Source: an uncultured Oscillospiraceae bacterium (GTDB lineage Bacteria > Bacillota > Clostridia > Oscillospirales > Oscillospiraceae). From it: a stretch of DNA of 63,008 bases. A program made the translations under genes and the position numbers. Numbering within the stretch: the first letter of the stretch is position 1; each line of letters opens with the position of its first letter. Positions 9,320 to 20,034 of the stretch are shown piece by piece. Where the stretch lies: the NCBI GenBank assembly GCA_964562265.1, contig CAZLSN010000001.1, forward strand, positions 1 through 63,008, read 5' to 3'. The notes beneath the pieces were generated by a model. It ran no database searches. It had not been told where the DNA came from and worked only from the letters and a program-made list of their open reading frames with translations.

Positions 9320-10228
9320 GTGTCAAAATTTCCCGATGCTGTGATAAGGGACAAGCTAATATCCGCCCATGACGGCGATGTTGCCCTGCTTTGGCTGTGG
9401 CTTTGCCGTGAGGGGAGCTATGACGGTGACCGTGCTGCCGCCGATCTTTGCCGTACCCTCGGCGAGATGGATACGGCGTATGAAAAGCTGTGCAGAATGG
9501 GGGCGGATAAGCCCTCTGCTTCACGGCCGCTTGTCATGCCTGCGGATGAGCTGCCGCAGTACACGGTGAACGATGTATTAAAACGCTCCGAACGGGACGG
9601 CGCATTTAAGGCGATACTCACGGAGGCGGAGCGGCTGCTTGGCAGATCGCTTTCAAGCCCCGATCTCAAAACGCTTTTCGGGATATACGACCACCTTGCC
9701 CTGCCTCCCGAGGTCATACTCCTGCTTTTGAACTACTGCGTTGAGCTGTTCCGTGAAAAGTACGGCCCCGGCAGACTGCCCTCGATGCGCAGTATCGAAA
9801 AAGAGGCGTACTCCTGGGTCAATAACGAGATACTGACCATCGAGCAGGCGGAGGAATATGTTGCCGACAGGAAGAACCGCAACTCCCTTGCGGAGAGGAT
9901 CAAAGCAGCCCTCGGAATTCGGGGCAGGGAGCTTACGGCAACGGAGCGCAAATATGTGTATTCGTGGATCGAGATGGGCTATGACGATACGGTGCTTGCC
10001 GTGGCGTACGATCGCACGGTCACGAACACCGGCTCACTCAAGTGGAGCTACATGAACAAGATAGTCACATCGTGGGATCAAAAGGGCATCCGCTCCCTGC
10101 GTGACATCGAGGAGAAGGACAGACGCACCCGCCGACCCATGACTGCGGGTGAGGGCGAATCCGAATCCATGTCAAACGAGGAGCTTACAAGGCTCAGATC
10201 AATATACGACAAGGTTAAGAACGGCTGA
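9320..10228 (+). CDS. DnaD-domain replication initiation / helicase-loading protein (DnaB/DnaD family)
   Basis: 302 aa with a DnaD-like C-terminal domain (LALPPEVILLLLNYCVE...SMRSIEKEAYSWVNNEILT...YMNKIVTSWDQKGIRSL). GTG start with AAAGAGG RBS. Followed by a DnaI-like ATPase. Confidence 0.8.
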   Translation: MSKFPDAVIRDKLISAHDGDVALLWLWLCREGSYDGDRAAADLCRTLGEMDTAYEKLCRMGADKPSASRPLVMPADELPQYTVNDVLKRSERDGAFKAILTEAERLLGRSLSSPDLKTLFGIYDHLALPPEVILLLLNYCVELFREKYGPGRLPSMRSIEKEAYSWVNNEILTIEQAEEYVADRKNRNSLAERIKAALGIRGRELTATERKYVYSWIEMGYDDTVLAVAYDRTVTNTGSLKWSYMNKIVTSWDQKGIRSLRDIEEKDRRTRRPMTAGEGESESMSNEELTRLRSIYDKVKNG

Positions 10229-10236
10229 GGTGGAGC

Positions 10237-11214
10237 ATGGCTATTGACGGAAAGCTGCTTGCAAAGGCAAGAGAGGAGCAGGAAAGGCTCCGCAGCGAAA
10301 ACAGGATGGAGCATTCTGCAAGGGTGGAGCGCATATATCGCCGCATACCCGAGACAGAGAGCATCGATATAAGGCTGCGCACTCAGATGGCGGAGCTTGT
10401 CGGTCTCACGCTTAAAAAGGATAAGTCGCCCCTGCCCGCTATAGCGGAGCTGGAGAGCGAAAGCCTTGCGCTCCAAAAAAGAAAAAGGGAGCTGCTGAAG
10501 GATGCGGGCTACCCCGAGGATTACCTCGACGAGATATTCTCCTGCCGTGAGTGCCGTGATACGGGCTATGTCGAGGGCAGGATGTGTTCCTGCCTGAAAA
10601 GACTGTATAAAAAAGAACTCACCGCCGAACTCGGCGTCCTGCTCAAAAACGGCGACGAGAGCTTTGAAAAATTCGATCTTTCGCTCTACGGCGATGCCTC
10701 TGCTGGCATGGAGATCGTGTATGAGACCTGCCGTGAGTATGCCAAGAACTTCGGCAAGTCCTCGCTTAATCTGCTGTTTCAGGGCGGAACGGGTCTCGGC
10801 AAGACCTACCTTTCCGCATGCATAGCCAGAACCGTGGCGGAAAACGGTTTCTCCGTCTGCTACGATACGGCAGCCTCCGCGCTTGACGCCTTTGAGCAGC
10901 GCAAATTCGCAAGGGATGCGGATACCGCAGCCTCGGCAGCGGAAAAGACGGAGAGAATGCTCGACTGCGACCTCATGATACTCGACGACCTCGGCACCGA
11001 GATGCCGACCCCCATGGCGGTATCGGCACTGTATACGCTCATAAACACAAGGCTTGTTAACGGCAAAAAGACGGTCATCAGCACAAACTGCGGAAGCGAT
11101 GAGCTTCGCCGCCGCTACGGTGATCAGATCTGCTCCAGAATAGACGGTGAATATATAAAATTACCCTTTAAGGGTCGTGATATAAGAACCATGAAAAGGA
11201 GAGATGCACAATGA
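10237..11214 (+). CDS. dnaI: DnaI/DnaC-like helicase loader AAA+ ATPase
   Basis: Cys-rich N-terminal region (CRECRDTGYVEGRMCSC), Walker A (GGTGLGKTYL) and Walker B (LMILDDLG). Confidence 0.82.
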   Translation: MAIDGKLLAKAREEQERLRSENRMEHSARVERIYRRIPETESIDIRLRTQMAELVGLTLKKDKSPLPAIAELESESLALQKRKRELLKDAGYPEDYLDEIFSCRECRDTGYVEGRMCSCLKRLYKKELTAELGVLLKNGDESFEKFDLSLYGDASAGMEIVYETCREYAKNFGKSSLNLLFQGGTGLGKTYLSACIARTVAENGFSVCYDTAASALDAFEQRKFARDADTAASAAEKTERMLDCDLMILDDLGTEMPTPMAVSALYTLINTRLVNGKKTVISTNCGSDELRRRYGDQICSRIDGEYIKLPFKGRDIRTMKRRDAQ

Positions 11215-12242
11215 CACAGCAGCACGAGATAACGACAGTGAGACCTCTGCTCAACGCAGACGGTGACCTTCTTGAGCCCGGCTACGCCAAAAAGCTTTTG
11301 CCCATGTACGAGAGAGCGGCGATAAAGGCAGGCAAGCTCCGCATCAAAGAATGGGACTACTACCTCATAAACAACGGAAGATTCGCACTGGCACTCACCG
11401 TTGCCGACAACGGCTATATGGGTCTCGACTCCATCAGCCTTCTCAATTTCGAGGAGGGCTGGGAGATAACCACAAGTCCCATGAGCGTTCTTCCCAACGG
11501 CAAAAAGAATTTGCCCGAAACGAGCGTCGTCGGTGACGTTCACAGCGGTACGAAGAATTACGACATTTGCTTTAAAAACGACGGTAAGGGCAAGCGTGTC
11601 CTCATAGCTCAGATGAAGAAGTTCGGCCCTGCCGGTTCTCTGTATGCCAAGGTGGAGCTCACAGAGGAGCCGGAGGAAAGCATGGTCATCTGCACCCCGT
11701 TTGATAAGAAAAAGCATTTCTACTATAATCAGAAAATAAACTGCATGAGAGCAAAGGGCGAGGTCACCTACGACGGCAAGACCTACGTTTTCGAGCCGGA
11801 GGACAGCTTCGGTGTTCTCGACTGGGGCAGAGGCGTTTGGACGTATCACAATACATGGTACTGGGGCTCAGCCTCCGGTGTTGTTGACGGCGTGCCCTTC
11901 GGCTGGAATATAGGCTACGGCTTCGGCAATACCGAGGCCGCCAGTGAGAATATGCTGTTTTACAACGGCAAGGCTCACAAGCTAAGCCTGGTGAAGTTCA
12001 ATATCCCCGGCAACGAGAAGGATTATATGTCGCCGTGGACCTTCACCTCCGACGACGGAAGATTCGAAATGGACTTTAAGCCTGTTTTGGACAGAGCGTC
12101 CTGCACCGATGCAAAGGTACTCAAAAGCGATCAGCATCAGGTGTTCGGACTGTTCACCGGCAAGGCCGTGCTCGATGACGGCAAGGTGATAGAAATAAAG
12201 GACTTCCCCGGCTTTGCCGAGAAAGTCGAAAATAAGTGGTAA
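11211..12242 (+). CDS. DUF2804-family protein
   Basis: 343 aa. LRIKEWDYYLINNGRFALALTVADNGYMGL...WGRGVWTYHNTWYWGSASG resembles DUF2804. ATGA overlap with the dnaI stop. Confidence 0.65.
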   Translation: MTQQHEITTVRPLLNADGDLLEPGYAKKLLPMYERAAIKAGKLRIKEWDYYLINNGRFALALTVADNGYMGLDSISLLNFEEGWEITTSPMSVLPNGKKNLPETSVVGDVHSGTKNYDICFKNDGKGKRVLIAQMKKFGPAGSLYAKVELTEEPEESMVICTPFDKKKHFYYNQKINCMRAKGEVTYDGKTYVFEPEDSFGVLDWGRGVWTYHNTWYWGSASGVVDGVPFGWNIGYGFGNTEAASENMLFYNGKAHKLSLVKFNIPGNEKDYMSPWTFTSDDGRFEMDFKPVLDRASCTDAKVLKSDQHQVFGLFTGKAVLDDGKVIEIKDFPGFAEKVENKW

Positions 12243-12259
12243 TTTTAAAGGAGAAAAAC

Positions 12260-12667
12260 ATGAAGTTTCTGACCGAAGAATGGGGCAAGGAATTTGAAAT
12301 TCTTGTCAAGGACACCTTTTCACCCGGCAAAACTCCCTCCAAGCTCACCCTGACCCTGTGCGAGTGCTACAACAAGGTCCCCCAGTGCGGCAACGATACC
12401 GTGTGGTTTATGTACACCTTCAAGGACGGCGTTCTCGTAAGTCTTGAGCGCGGCGAAGGCAGAGATAAGGCACCTGCGGCAGACTACACCTCCGACTGCG
12501 ATTACGATCCCTTTGTTCAGACCATGACCGGTGAGCTGAGTACCGTGAAGGCACTCACCTCCGGAAAGATAAAGCTCAAGGGCAGCCTCGTGAAGGCTCT
12601 CAAGATGCTCGATACCCACAATATCATCACCGAGTGCAAACGCTTAAACGGCAATACGGAGTGGTAA
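12260..12667 (+). CDS. SCP2 sterol-binding-domain protein
   Basis: 135 aa. The C-terminal ...GELSTVKALTSGKIKLKGSLVKALKM is SCP2-like. AAAGGAG RBS upstream of ATG 12260. Confidence 0.6.
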   Translation: MKFLTEEWGKEFEILVKDTFSPGKTPSKLTLTLCECYNKVPQCGNDTVWFMYTFKDGVLVSLERGEGRDKAPAADYTSDCDYDPFVQTMTGELSTVKALTSGKIKLKGSLVKALKMLDTHNIITECKRLNGNTEW

Positions 12668-12691
12668 AAGCGTTTTGCAATGATATAGACA

Positions 12692-12723
12692 AAAGACAGG
12701 ACGGCAGTGCGTCCTGTCTTTTC
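12692..12723 (+). terminator. Rho-independent terminator after the SCP2 gene
   Basis: AAGACAGGAC-ggcagtgc-GTCCTGTCTT followed by TT. Confidence 0.75.
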
Positions 12724-13005
12724 GGCATTTTTGCAGGTTTTCACTGCGTTGCAGGCGGCGGAGTCTGAGCCCTGCGCATCAACGCTTCGGCATGCAGCGG
12801 GTCGCCATGCTTTTGCGTCGCTTTGCACTTATGGGTAGAGGCGGTTTTATATCTTGCCGCTTACTGCCCTCGACACGGCTCCACACGGCGGCAAACTTTT
12901 CACGGCTTAACACAAGCTCATTCATTTTCATCACCGCTTTCATTATACTCTTGCCCTTGCAAAGCGGTGCGGAATATGAGATAATGCAGGAGCGAGGTGA
13001 GGCTT

Positions 13006-13737
13006 ATGCCCAGATTTTTTATGCTCGGAACAAACCTTTCGGGCGGTAGAGCCATAATAAGAGGCAGGGATGCGGAGCATATCAGGGTGCTGAGGCTGCG
13101 TCCCGGCGAAAGCATGACGATATGCGACGGCAAGGGTACGGATTACCGCTGCCGCCTTGTGCGTTCGGATAAGGACGAGGCAGAGGCGGAGATCGTCGAG
13201 GTCGTCCCCTGCAAGGCGGAGCCGAGGGTCAAAACGAAGGTCATCTGCGGTCTGCCCAAAGGCGACAAGACCGATTATATAATTCAGAAGTCCGTTGAGG
13301 CGGGTGCCTGTGAGATCCTTTTCACAGATACGGAACGCTGCATCGCAAAACCGGAGCAGGCGCAGAAAAAGCTTGAGCGTTGGAACCGCATTGCGGAGGA
13401 GGCGGCGAAGCAGTCCGGCAGGGGGATAATCCCCGCGGTCGGCTTTCTGCCCACCTTCGCTGAGGCACTCGATGCCGCAAAGAAGTGTGAGCTTCCGCTT
13501 TTGATGTACGAGACCGGCGAGAGGGAGAGCCTGAAGGACGCTCTTTCCGATGCGGAAACAGTCTCCACGGCGGCGATAATAACCGGCCCCGAGGGCGGCT
13601 TTGAGAAGTTCGAGGTCGATCTTGCGAGGGCATGCGGGATACATATTTGCTCGATGGGTGAGCGCATTTTGCGATGCGAAACGGCACCGATCGTTGCCCT
13701 GAGTACTCTGCTGTTTGCCTCCGGCGACCTTGAATAA
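13006..13737 (+). CDS. rsmE: 16S rRNA (uracil1498-N3)-methyltransferase
   Basis: MPRFFMLG...RDAEHIRVLRLRPGE...GPEGGF..E. matches the RsmE family. Start trimmed to ATG 13006. Confidence 0.85.
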   Translation: MPRFFMLGTNLSGGRAIIRGRDAEHIRVLRLRPGESMTICDGKGTDYRCRLVRSDKDEAEAEIVEVVPCKAEPRVKTKVICGLPKGDKTDYIIQKSVEAGACEILFTDTERCIAKPEQAQKKLERWNRIAEEAAKQSGRGIIPAVGFLPTFAEALDAAKKCELPLLMYETGERESLKDALSDAETVSTAAIITGPEGGFEKFEVDLARACGIHICSMGERILRCETAPIVALSTLLFASGDLE

Positions 13738-13775
13738 GAAAAAAGCATCCGATGTTTTCCATCGGATGCTTTTTG
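13738..13775. terminator. Bidirectional terminator between convergent rsmE and the PfkB kinase
   Basis: A-run, GCATCCGATG-ttttc-CATCGGATGC, then T-run. Confidence 0.8.
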
Positions 13776-13778
13776 ATT

Positions 13779-14666
13779 TTACTGCAAAATGTCCTCGCAG
13801 AGGTCGGGGCTTACCGCTTCGCTGCATTGGAGCGTCAGGGCGGCGGCCTTCATTGCCGCGCTTGCGCTCTCGACGACATCGGCACCGTGGACTCCCGCCC
13901 ACACGATGGCAGCAGTGGCTGCATCGCCGCAGCCGGTGGTGTTTACGATGTCCGTTTTGAGGCAGGGGAGCTTTACGACCGTCTCACCCTCGGCGGCAAC
14001 TATGCCGTCGCTGCCCAGAGATACGAACACACGGCGAACTCCTATCGCCATAAGCGCCTCCGCTGCACGGAGGGAGGTGCTTTCGCCCGTCATGCTCATC
14101 GCCTCTATTGCGTTCGGCTTAAAGGCAAAGAGCTTCGGCAGCAGGGGCTTTAGCCTCTCCGCCTTGGCGGTGGAAACGGGGTCGGCGTATATGGGTGCGG
14201 TGACATGCTCACCCACCCAGCGCAGGGTCTCCTCGGTGAGATTCGCATCGACAACGACCGCATCGGCGGCGTTTATCTCGCCGAGGCAGGTGTAAAGATA
14301 TTCGGGGGTGATGCTGCCCGCAATGTCGGTATCGCTTACGCCGAGCTGCATCTCACCGTGTTCGTCGGTGATATAGAGATAGCAGGAGGTGCGTCCGCCC
14401 CTTATCCTGCGGCAAAGGTGCATATCAAAGCCGAGATCGACACAGCTTTGCCTTATGCTCTCACCGTTTGCGTCCGTACCGACGGCGGTGATAAACTTCA
14501 CATTGAGACCCATGAGTCTCAGATTGTGCGCAATATTACGGCCCACTCCGCCGGGGCTGAAGCTGACTGTACCGGGGTTGGAATCCCGCATGACGGGGCT
14601 TTTGTTCGGCTTACCGCAAATGTCCATATTCACGGCGCCGATGACGACTACGGTTTTATCTTCCAT
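13779..14666 (-). CDS. PfkB-family carbohydrate/nucleoside kinase (pseudouridine-kinase-like)
   Basis: VIGAVNMDI, GGVGRNIA and the C-terminal NTTGCGDAATAA PfkB signature. Overlaps the glgP stop by 19 nt. Confidence 0.75.
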   Translation of the reverse strand: MEDKTVVVIGAVNMDICGKPNKSPVMRDSNPGTVSFSPGGVGRNIAHNLRLMGLNVKFITAVGTDANGESIRQSCVDLGFDMHLCRRIRGGRTSCYLYITDEHGEMQLGVSDTDIAGSITPEYLYTCLGEINAADAVVVDANLTEETLRWVGEHVTAPIYADPVSTAKAERLKPLLPKLFAFKPNAIEAMSMTGESTSLRAAEALMAIGVRRVFVSLGSDGIVAAEGETVVKLPCLKTDIVNTTGCGDAATAAIVWAGVHGADVVESASAAMKAAALTLQCSEAVSPDLCEDILQ

Positions 14667-17050
14667 ATGTTTTCCGCATACTCCCTTATCGCACGGTCGG
14701 CGGCAAAGATGCCGCTTTCCGCTGTATTTATCAGAGACAGTCGGGCAAACTCGCTGCCCGAGGATATAACATCGTACATGCGACGATGAGTGTCGGCGTA
14801 GCTGCGATAGTCGGCAAGCAGCATATAGGGGTCGCTGTAAATGAGTCCCGAAGCAAGGTCGGCATAGCTCTTGCCGTCCTTAAAGCCTCGGCTGAAGCGG
14901 TCGAGTATCATGGCGATCTCGGGATCGGACTTTGCGATGCCCTGCGGATCGTAGCCCCGATGCTTAATGTCCTCGACTTCGGAGGCCTTGAGACCGAAGA
15001 GGAACATATTGTCGTCGCCCAGCCGCCCGTACATTTCGACATTGGCACCGTCCAGCGTGCCGATGGTGACGGCACCGTTGAGCATGAGCTTCATGTTGCC
15101 GGTACCGGATGCCTCCTTGCCCGCTGTCGAGATCTGCTCCGACACACAGGCTGCGGGCATTAAAGCTTCGGCGGCGGAGACCCTGTAGTTCTCCATGAAG
15201 TACACCTGAAGCTTACCTCTGCACAGGGGGTCGGAATTGACATCGTCGGCAAGGGAGCAGATAAGCTCGATTATGCGCTTTGCGGTGCGATAGCCTGCCG
15301 CCGCCTTTGCGCCGAATACGAAGCTGCGGGGGGTGAAATCGGCATTCGGATCATCATGCAGCTTTTGCTGCAGGGAGCAGATGAGCATGGCGCACATAAG
15401 CTGACGCTTGTACTCGTGAAGCCTTTTGACCTGAACATCGATGATGGCATCGGTGTTCAGCGCAAAGCCGTCGTTTTTCCTTGCAAACTCGGCAAAGCGC
15501 AGCTTGTTGTGCTGCTTTATCTCAAGCACTCTGCGCTGAACATCGGCATCCCTTGCAAAGTCTTTAAGCCCCGCAAGGGCCTCGGAATCAAGGAGATAGT
15601 CCTCACTGCCGAGAAGATCGACACAAAGTGAGTGAAGCTCCGGATTTATCTGCGCCAGCCAGCGGCGGTGATCTATGCCGTTTGTGACATAGGTGAAGCG
15701 ATCGGGGTAAAGCTCCGCAACATCGCAGAAGAGATCGTTTTTGAGAATGTCGCCGTGCAGGGCGGAAACGCCGTTAACCTTGAAGCAGGACGCAAGGCAA
15801 AGATTTGCCATGTGAACGCAGCCGTCACGGATGATGAGGCTTCTGCCGGTCTTTTCACCGCTGCCGAAGCGGGAGAGCAGCAGCGAACACCAGCGGCGGT
15901 TTATCTCGCACAGTATCTCCCAGATGCGGGGGAGCAGGCTCTGGATGAGCGACTGCGGCCACTTTTCGAGGGCTTCGCTCATTACGGTGTGGTTGGTGTA
16001 TGCCACCGAGGAGGTGACGATGCTCCACGCCTCATCCCAGCCGAGGCCGTGTTCATCCATGAGTATGCGCATGAGCTCGGGAATTACGAGGGTGGGGTGG
16101 GTGTCGTTTATCTGAATGACATGGTGCTTGTGGAAGGAGCGCACATCGCCGAAGCGTTCGATGTGCTTGCGGACGATGGTCTGCACTGTGGCGGATACGA
16201 AGAAGTACTGCTGCTTGAGCCGCAAAAGCTTTCCCTCGGTGTGATCGTCGGCGGGGTAGAGGACCTTGGTTATGACCTCACTCATGGTGCGCTGTTCAAG
16301 GCTTTTGACATATTCGCCCTCGGAAAAGAGGTACATGTCCAGAGCGTTGGTGCTTCTTGCGTCCCACAGCCTGAGCGTGTTTATGCGCTTGCCGCCGTAG
16401 CCGGCTATGAGCATATCACGGGGGACTGCGGTGACGGTAGTGTAGTCACGGTGTTCGGCGTGATAGTGACCGTAATTGTCCCAATACGGGGTGATGTAGC
16501 CGCCGAAGCGTATCTCGACCGCATCCTCGTTCCTGGGGATGAGCCAGCTCTCGGCGCTCTTGCGCCAATCGTCTGCGACCTCGGTCTGCTTGCCGTCAAC
16601 GATCTTCTGACGGAAGATGCCCAGCTCGTAGCATATGGAATAGCCCGTTGCGGGGATGCCGAGTGTCGCCATCGAATCCATATAGCAGGCGGCGAGACGA
16701 CCGAGGCCCCCGTTGCCGAGACCCGCATCGTTTTCCTCCTCGAAAACATCGGCGGCGGAGAAGCCGAGATCCTCCAAGGCTCCGGTCAGTGCATCGGAGA
16801 TGCCGAGGTTGAAGGCGTTTTTCATAAGGCTCCTGCCCATGAGGAACTCCATGGACAGATAGTGTATCTCACGGTCGGGCGTTTTCTCCTCCTCGAAGGC
16901 GAGGAAGCGGCTCATTATCTCACGGATAACGATGGCACTTGCACGAAACACCTGATCCGCAGTTGCGTTTTTGCTTGTTACTCCGAAGTGCGCACACAGC
17001 TTATCTTCGATAGCGGAGCGCACCTCATCGCGGGAAATCTGACTTACCAT
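14648..17050 (-). CDS. glgP: Glycogen/alpha-glucan phosphorylase
   Basis: 800 aa with the PLP-lysine motif EASGTGNMKLMLNGA. Confidence 0.93.
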   Translation of the reverse strand: MVSQISRDEVRSAIEDKLCAHFGVTSKNATADQVFRASAIVIREIMSRFLAFEEEKTPDREIHYLSMEFLMGRSLMKNAFNLGISDALTGALEDLGFSAADVFEEENDAGLGNGGLGRLAACYMDSMATLGIPATGYSICYELGIFRQKIVDGKQTEVADDWRKSAESWLIPRNEDAVEIRFGGYITPYWDNYGHYHAEHRDYTTVTAVPRDMLIAGYGGKRINTLRLWDARSTNALDMYLFSEGEYVKSLEQRTMSEVITKVLYPADDHTEGKLLRLKQQYFFVSATVQTIVRKHIERFGDVRSFHKHHVIQINDTHPTLVIPELMRILMDEHGLGWDEAWSIVTSSVAYTNHTVMSEALEKWPQSLIQSLLPRIWEILCEINRRWCSLLLSRFGSGEKTGRSLIIRDGCVHMANLCLASCFKVNGVSALHGDILKNDLFCDVAELYPDRFTYVTNGIDHRRWLAQINPELHSLCVDLLGSEDYLLDSEALAGLKDFARDADVQRRVLEIKQHNKLRFAEFARKNDGFALNTDAIIDVQVKRLHEYKRQLMCAMLICSLQQKLHDDPNADFTPRSFVFGAKAAAGYRTAKRIIELICSLADDVNSDPLCRGKLQVYFMENYRVSAAEALMPAACVSEQISTAGKEASGTGNMKLMLNGAVTIGTLDGANVEMYGRLGDDNMFLFGLKASEVEDIKHRGYDPQGIAKSDPEIAMILDRFSRGFKDGKSYADLASGLIYSDPYMLLADYRSYADTHRRMYDVISSGSEFARLSLINTAESGIFAADRAIREYAENIWKIKP

Positions 17051-17064
17051 TGAATTTGCTCCTA

Positions 17065-18177
17065 TTAGATCATGCTGCCCTTGGGAATTACGATGGGCAG
17101 CTTTTCGCTTCCCATAAGGGTCTGGGAGGCGGAAAGATTCACATTTTTGTCGGCTATGACATTTTTGAGTATCACATTCTCACCGATATGAGAGCCTCGC
17201 ATGATGATACAGTCATTCAGCACGGCACCTTTTTCGATGCGGACATCGGAGAAGATGATGCAGTTGTTCACTTCGCCCTCTATGATGCAGCCGTCGGCAA
17301 CGAGGGAGGAGCGAACTTTTGCACTCTCACCGTAGTAGGTGCTGACATCGACCGCACTTTTCGAGCGAACGGGTCTGTCCGAGGGGAAAAGCTCCGACCT
17401 TGATTCGGAAGAAAGCATATCCATGCTTGTCTCAAAATATGTCTCCGTACTCATGATACGCTTTGCATAGCCCTCATGCACATAGACATTTATCCTGCCG
17501 CCGCCGTTTAAATAGGCAGCGATGGCATCCCTGTGGAAGTGATATTCGTTGTGTGCGGCACAGTCGGACATCATACCGAGCAGCAGCTTTTTGGATATGA
17601 CATACGCCTCAAGGGACGCAAGTCCCTCGCCCTTTTCGTTCTGATTGAACACGATGCCGCTTGCAAAGCCGTCGTCGCCGACGATATAGCGGTGATGGCG
17701 ATGGTCCGGCTCCTGCCGTGTGCATATCGCCGTGATCTCGGCACCGGACTCAAGGTGCCGCCTTGTGATCTCACGCAGATCGAGGTTTGCGGCGGTATTG
17801 CCGTGGAGCATAACGATATGCTCCTCCTTTATGTCGGCAATATAGGTGGAAACTGCGTTTAATGCCTCTATCGTACCGGTGTAATCGCCCTTGTGATATT
17901 CGGGGAGACCGAAGGGCGGGAGCATACGCAGACCGCCGATCTTCCTGCCCATATCCCAATCCTTGCCGCTGCCGAGGTGATCGAGGAGGGACTGATAATC
18001 TCTCTGCATAATAACGCCGACGCTGTGTATTCCGGCGTTCATCATCGAGGACAGTGCGAAATCTATAAGCCTGTACCTGCCGCAGAAGGGCATGGAAGCT
18101 GCGGTGCGGCTTCGTACCAGCTCACCGAGTTCCTTTGTTGCGCCGTAGGCGTAAATGATCCCGTGAAAATCGGACAT
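17065..18177 (-). CDS. glgD: Glucose-1-phosphate adenylyltransferase regulatory subunit GlgD
   Basis: 370-aa GlgC paralog that lacks the GGxGxRL loop (it has YAYGATKELGEL). LbH C-terminal domain. Directly after glgC. Confidence 0.85.
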   Translation of the reverse strand: MSDFHGIIYAYGATKELGELVRSRTAASMPFCGRYRLIDFALSSMMNAGIHSVGVIMQRDYQSLLDHLGSGKDWDMGRKIGGLRMLPPFGLPEYHKGDYTGTIEALNAVSTYIADIKEEHIVMLHGNTAANLDLREITRRHLESGAEITAICTRQEPDHRHHRYIVGDDGFASGIVFNQNEKGEGLASLEAYVISKKLLLGMMSDCAAHNEYHFHRDAIAAYLNGGGRINVYVHEGYAKRIMSTETYFETSMDMLSSESRSELFPSDRPVRSKSAVDVSTYYGESAKVRSSLVADGCIIEGEVNNCIIFSDVRIEKGAVLNDCIIMRGSHIGENVILKNVIADKNVNLSASQTLMGSEKLPIVIPKGSMI

Positions 18178-18180
18178 GAC

Positions 18181-19374
18181 TCAAACCTCCTCGGACTTAT
18201 ATATCATTGCGGCGGCGGGGACGATACCGCCGTCTCTTATGCAAATGTCGGGGCCGCAGGTGGCAACGCCCCAGCCCTCGCTTCCGTCGGGAGCGGCACC
18301 TATATGCGCACCCTTGCCGATGACCGTATTCTCGCCTATGATGGCGTACTCGACGACGGCACCCTCACCGACCTTGGCACCGGGCATCAGCACACTGTAC
18401 AGCACCTTTGCCCCCTTGCCGACCTCGGCGGAGTTTGAAAGCACGGAGTTTTCGACATGACCCTCGATGACGCAGCCCTCGGTCACTATGGAGTGGACTA
18501 TGCTTGCGTTCTCACCCGCAAAATGCGGAGGGCAAACGGAGCCCCTTGAGCGTATCGGCCAATCGGGGTCGTAGAGGTTTATGAGAGTGGTGGACAGCAT
18601 ATCCATGTTGGCATCCCAGAGGCTGGTTATCGTGCCGACATCACGCCAATAGCCGGAGAAGCGATAGGGCAGCAGCCTTTCGCCGGCACCAAGCATCTTG
18701 GGGATTATGTTCTTGCCGAAGTCCTTGTCGGAATCGGGATCGTTTTCGTCGGCTATGAGATATTCCCTGAGCTTATTCCAATTGAATATGTATATGCCCA
18801 TGGAGGCGAGATCACTCTTCGGCTGCTTGGGCTTTTCCTCGAATTCGTTTATAAAGCCGTCGGGGCCGATGTTCATGATACCGAAGCGGCTTGCCTCCTC
18901 CTTCGACACCGAGAGAACGGCGATGGTGCAGGCGGCACCGCTTTTTACATGCTCCGAGAGCATATCGGAGTAGTCCATCTTGTAAATGTGGTCACCGGAA
19001 AGGATCAGCACATTGTCGGGATCGTACATCTCAATGAAGCCGATGTTCTGGTATATGGCGTTTGCCGTACCGGAGAACCATGATCCGTTTTCCCCTGCCG
19101 TCTGGTACGGCGGGAGAATGAAAACGCCGCCGTCCGCGGAGTCGAGATCCCAGGGCTGGCCTCCGCCGATGTAGCTGTTGAGCTGCAAGGGGCGGTACTG
19201 CGTAAGCACACCCACGGTGTCGATGCCGGAGTTTGCGCAGTTTGAGAGCGGGAAGTCGATTATGCGGTACTTGCCGCCGAAGGGCATATTGGGCTTTGCG
19301 ACATTCTGCGTCAGGGCATACAGTCTCGATCCCTGTCCGCCCGCCAGCAGCATGGCGATGCAGCTTTTTTTCAT
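18181..19374 (-). CDS. glgC: Glucose-1-phosphate adenylyltransferase
   Basis: [22 protein letters not shown]... Start trimmed to ATG 19374, which has a GGAAAGG RBS. Confidence 0.92.
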   Translation of the reverse strand: MKKSCIAMLLAGGQGSRLYALTQNVAKPNMPFGGKYRIIDFPLSNCANSGIDTVGVLTQYRPLQLNSYIGGGQPWDLDSADGGVFILPPYQTAGENGSWFSGTANAIYQNIGFIEMYDPDNVLILSGDHIYKMDYSDMLSEHVKSGAACTIAVLSVSKEEASRFGIMNIGPDGFINEFEEKPKQPKSDLASMGIYIFNWNKLREYLIADENDPDSDKDFGKNIIPKMLGAGERLLPYRFSGYWRDVGTITSLWDANMDMLSTTLINLYDPDWPIRSRGSVCPPHFAGENASIVHSIVTEGCVIEGHVENSVLSNSAEVGKGAKVLYSVLMPGAKVGEGAVVEYAIIGENTVIGKGAHIGAAPDGSEGWGVATCGPDICIRDGGIVPAAAMIYKSEEV

Positions 19375-19427
19375 GTTTATCATCCTTTCCCGGTGAAATG
19401 AAAAACGAGGCATAATAATGCCCCGTT

Positions 19428-20024
19428 TTAACAATTAAACTTATTCATTGCACGGTCGGGGCCTTCGGCAATGTAGCACTCGATCGCATCGCATACACGA
19501 TCCGCCAAGGCACACATGTTTTCGGCATCCTGATTTTTAAAGACGGAAAGAACCCAATCCGCCATATCGTAATCGGGATGCGGAGGTGCGCCCACGCCCA
19601 TGCGGAAGCGGGGGAAGGCGTCGGTGCCGAGCAGCGAAATAATGTTTTTAAGTCCGTTGTGTCCGCCTGCCGAACCGCTTTTCCTTATGCGGAGCCTGCC
19701 TATGGGCAGGGCGGTCTCATCGGACACGACGATGATGCGCTCCGGCGGTATCTTGTAAAAGGCTGCGGCGGCACTTACCGCCTCGCCCGAAAGATTCATA
19801 AAGGTCTGCGGCTTTAAAAGAAGCACGCTTTCACCGCTTATCGTCACCTTTGCCGTAAGTGCCTTGAAGCGCATTTTGTTCACACTGACGCCGAGTTTCT
19901 TCTCCATGGCATCGGCTGCCATGAAGCCGGCGTTATGCCGTGTGTTCTTGTACTTGGGGCCGGGGTTGCCGAGGAACACGACGATCCATGATACCCCGCC
20001 CTTGTTGCGAAATCTGTCAAACAT
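19428..20024 (-). CDS. pth: Peptidyl-tRNA hydrolase
   Basis: [18 protein letters not shown]...GGHNGLK. The ORF-track start at 20042 is a TTG, so ATG 20024 is preferred. The start remains uncertain. Confidence 0.88.
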   Translation of the reverse strand: MFDRFRNKGGVSWIVVFLGNPGPKYKNTRHNAGFMAADAMEKKLGVSVNKMRFKALTAKVTISGESVLLLKPQTFMNLSGEAVSAAAAFYKIPPERIIVVSDETALPIGRLRIRKSGSAGGHNGLKNIISLLGTDAFPRFRMGVGAPPHPDYDMADWVLSVFKNQDAENMCALADRVCDAIECYIAEGPDRAMNKFNC

Positions 20025-20034
20025 AAGCAATGGG

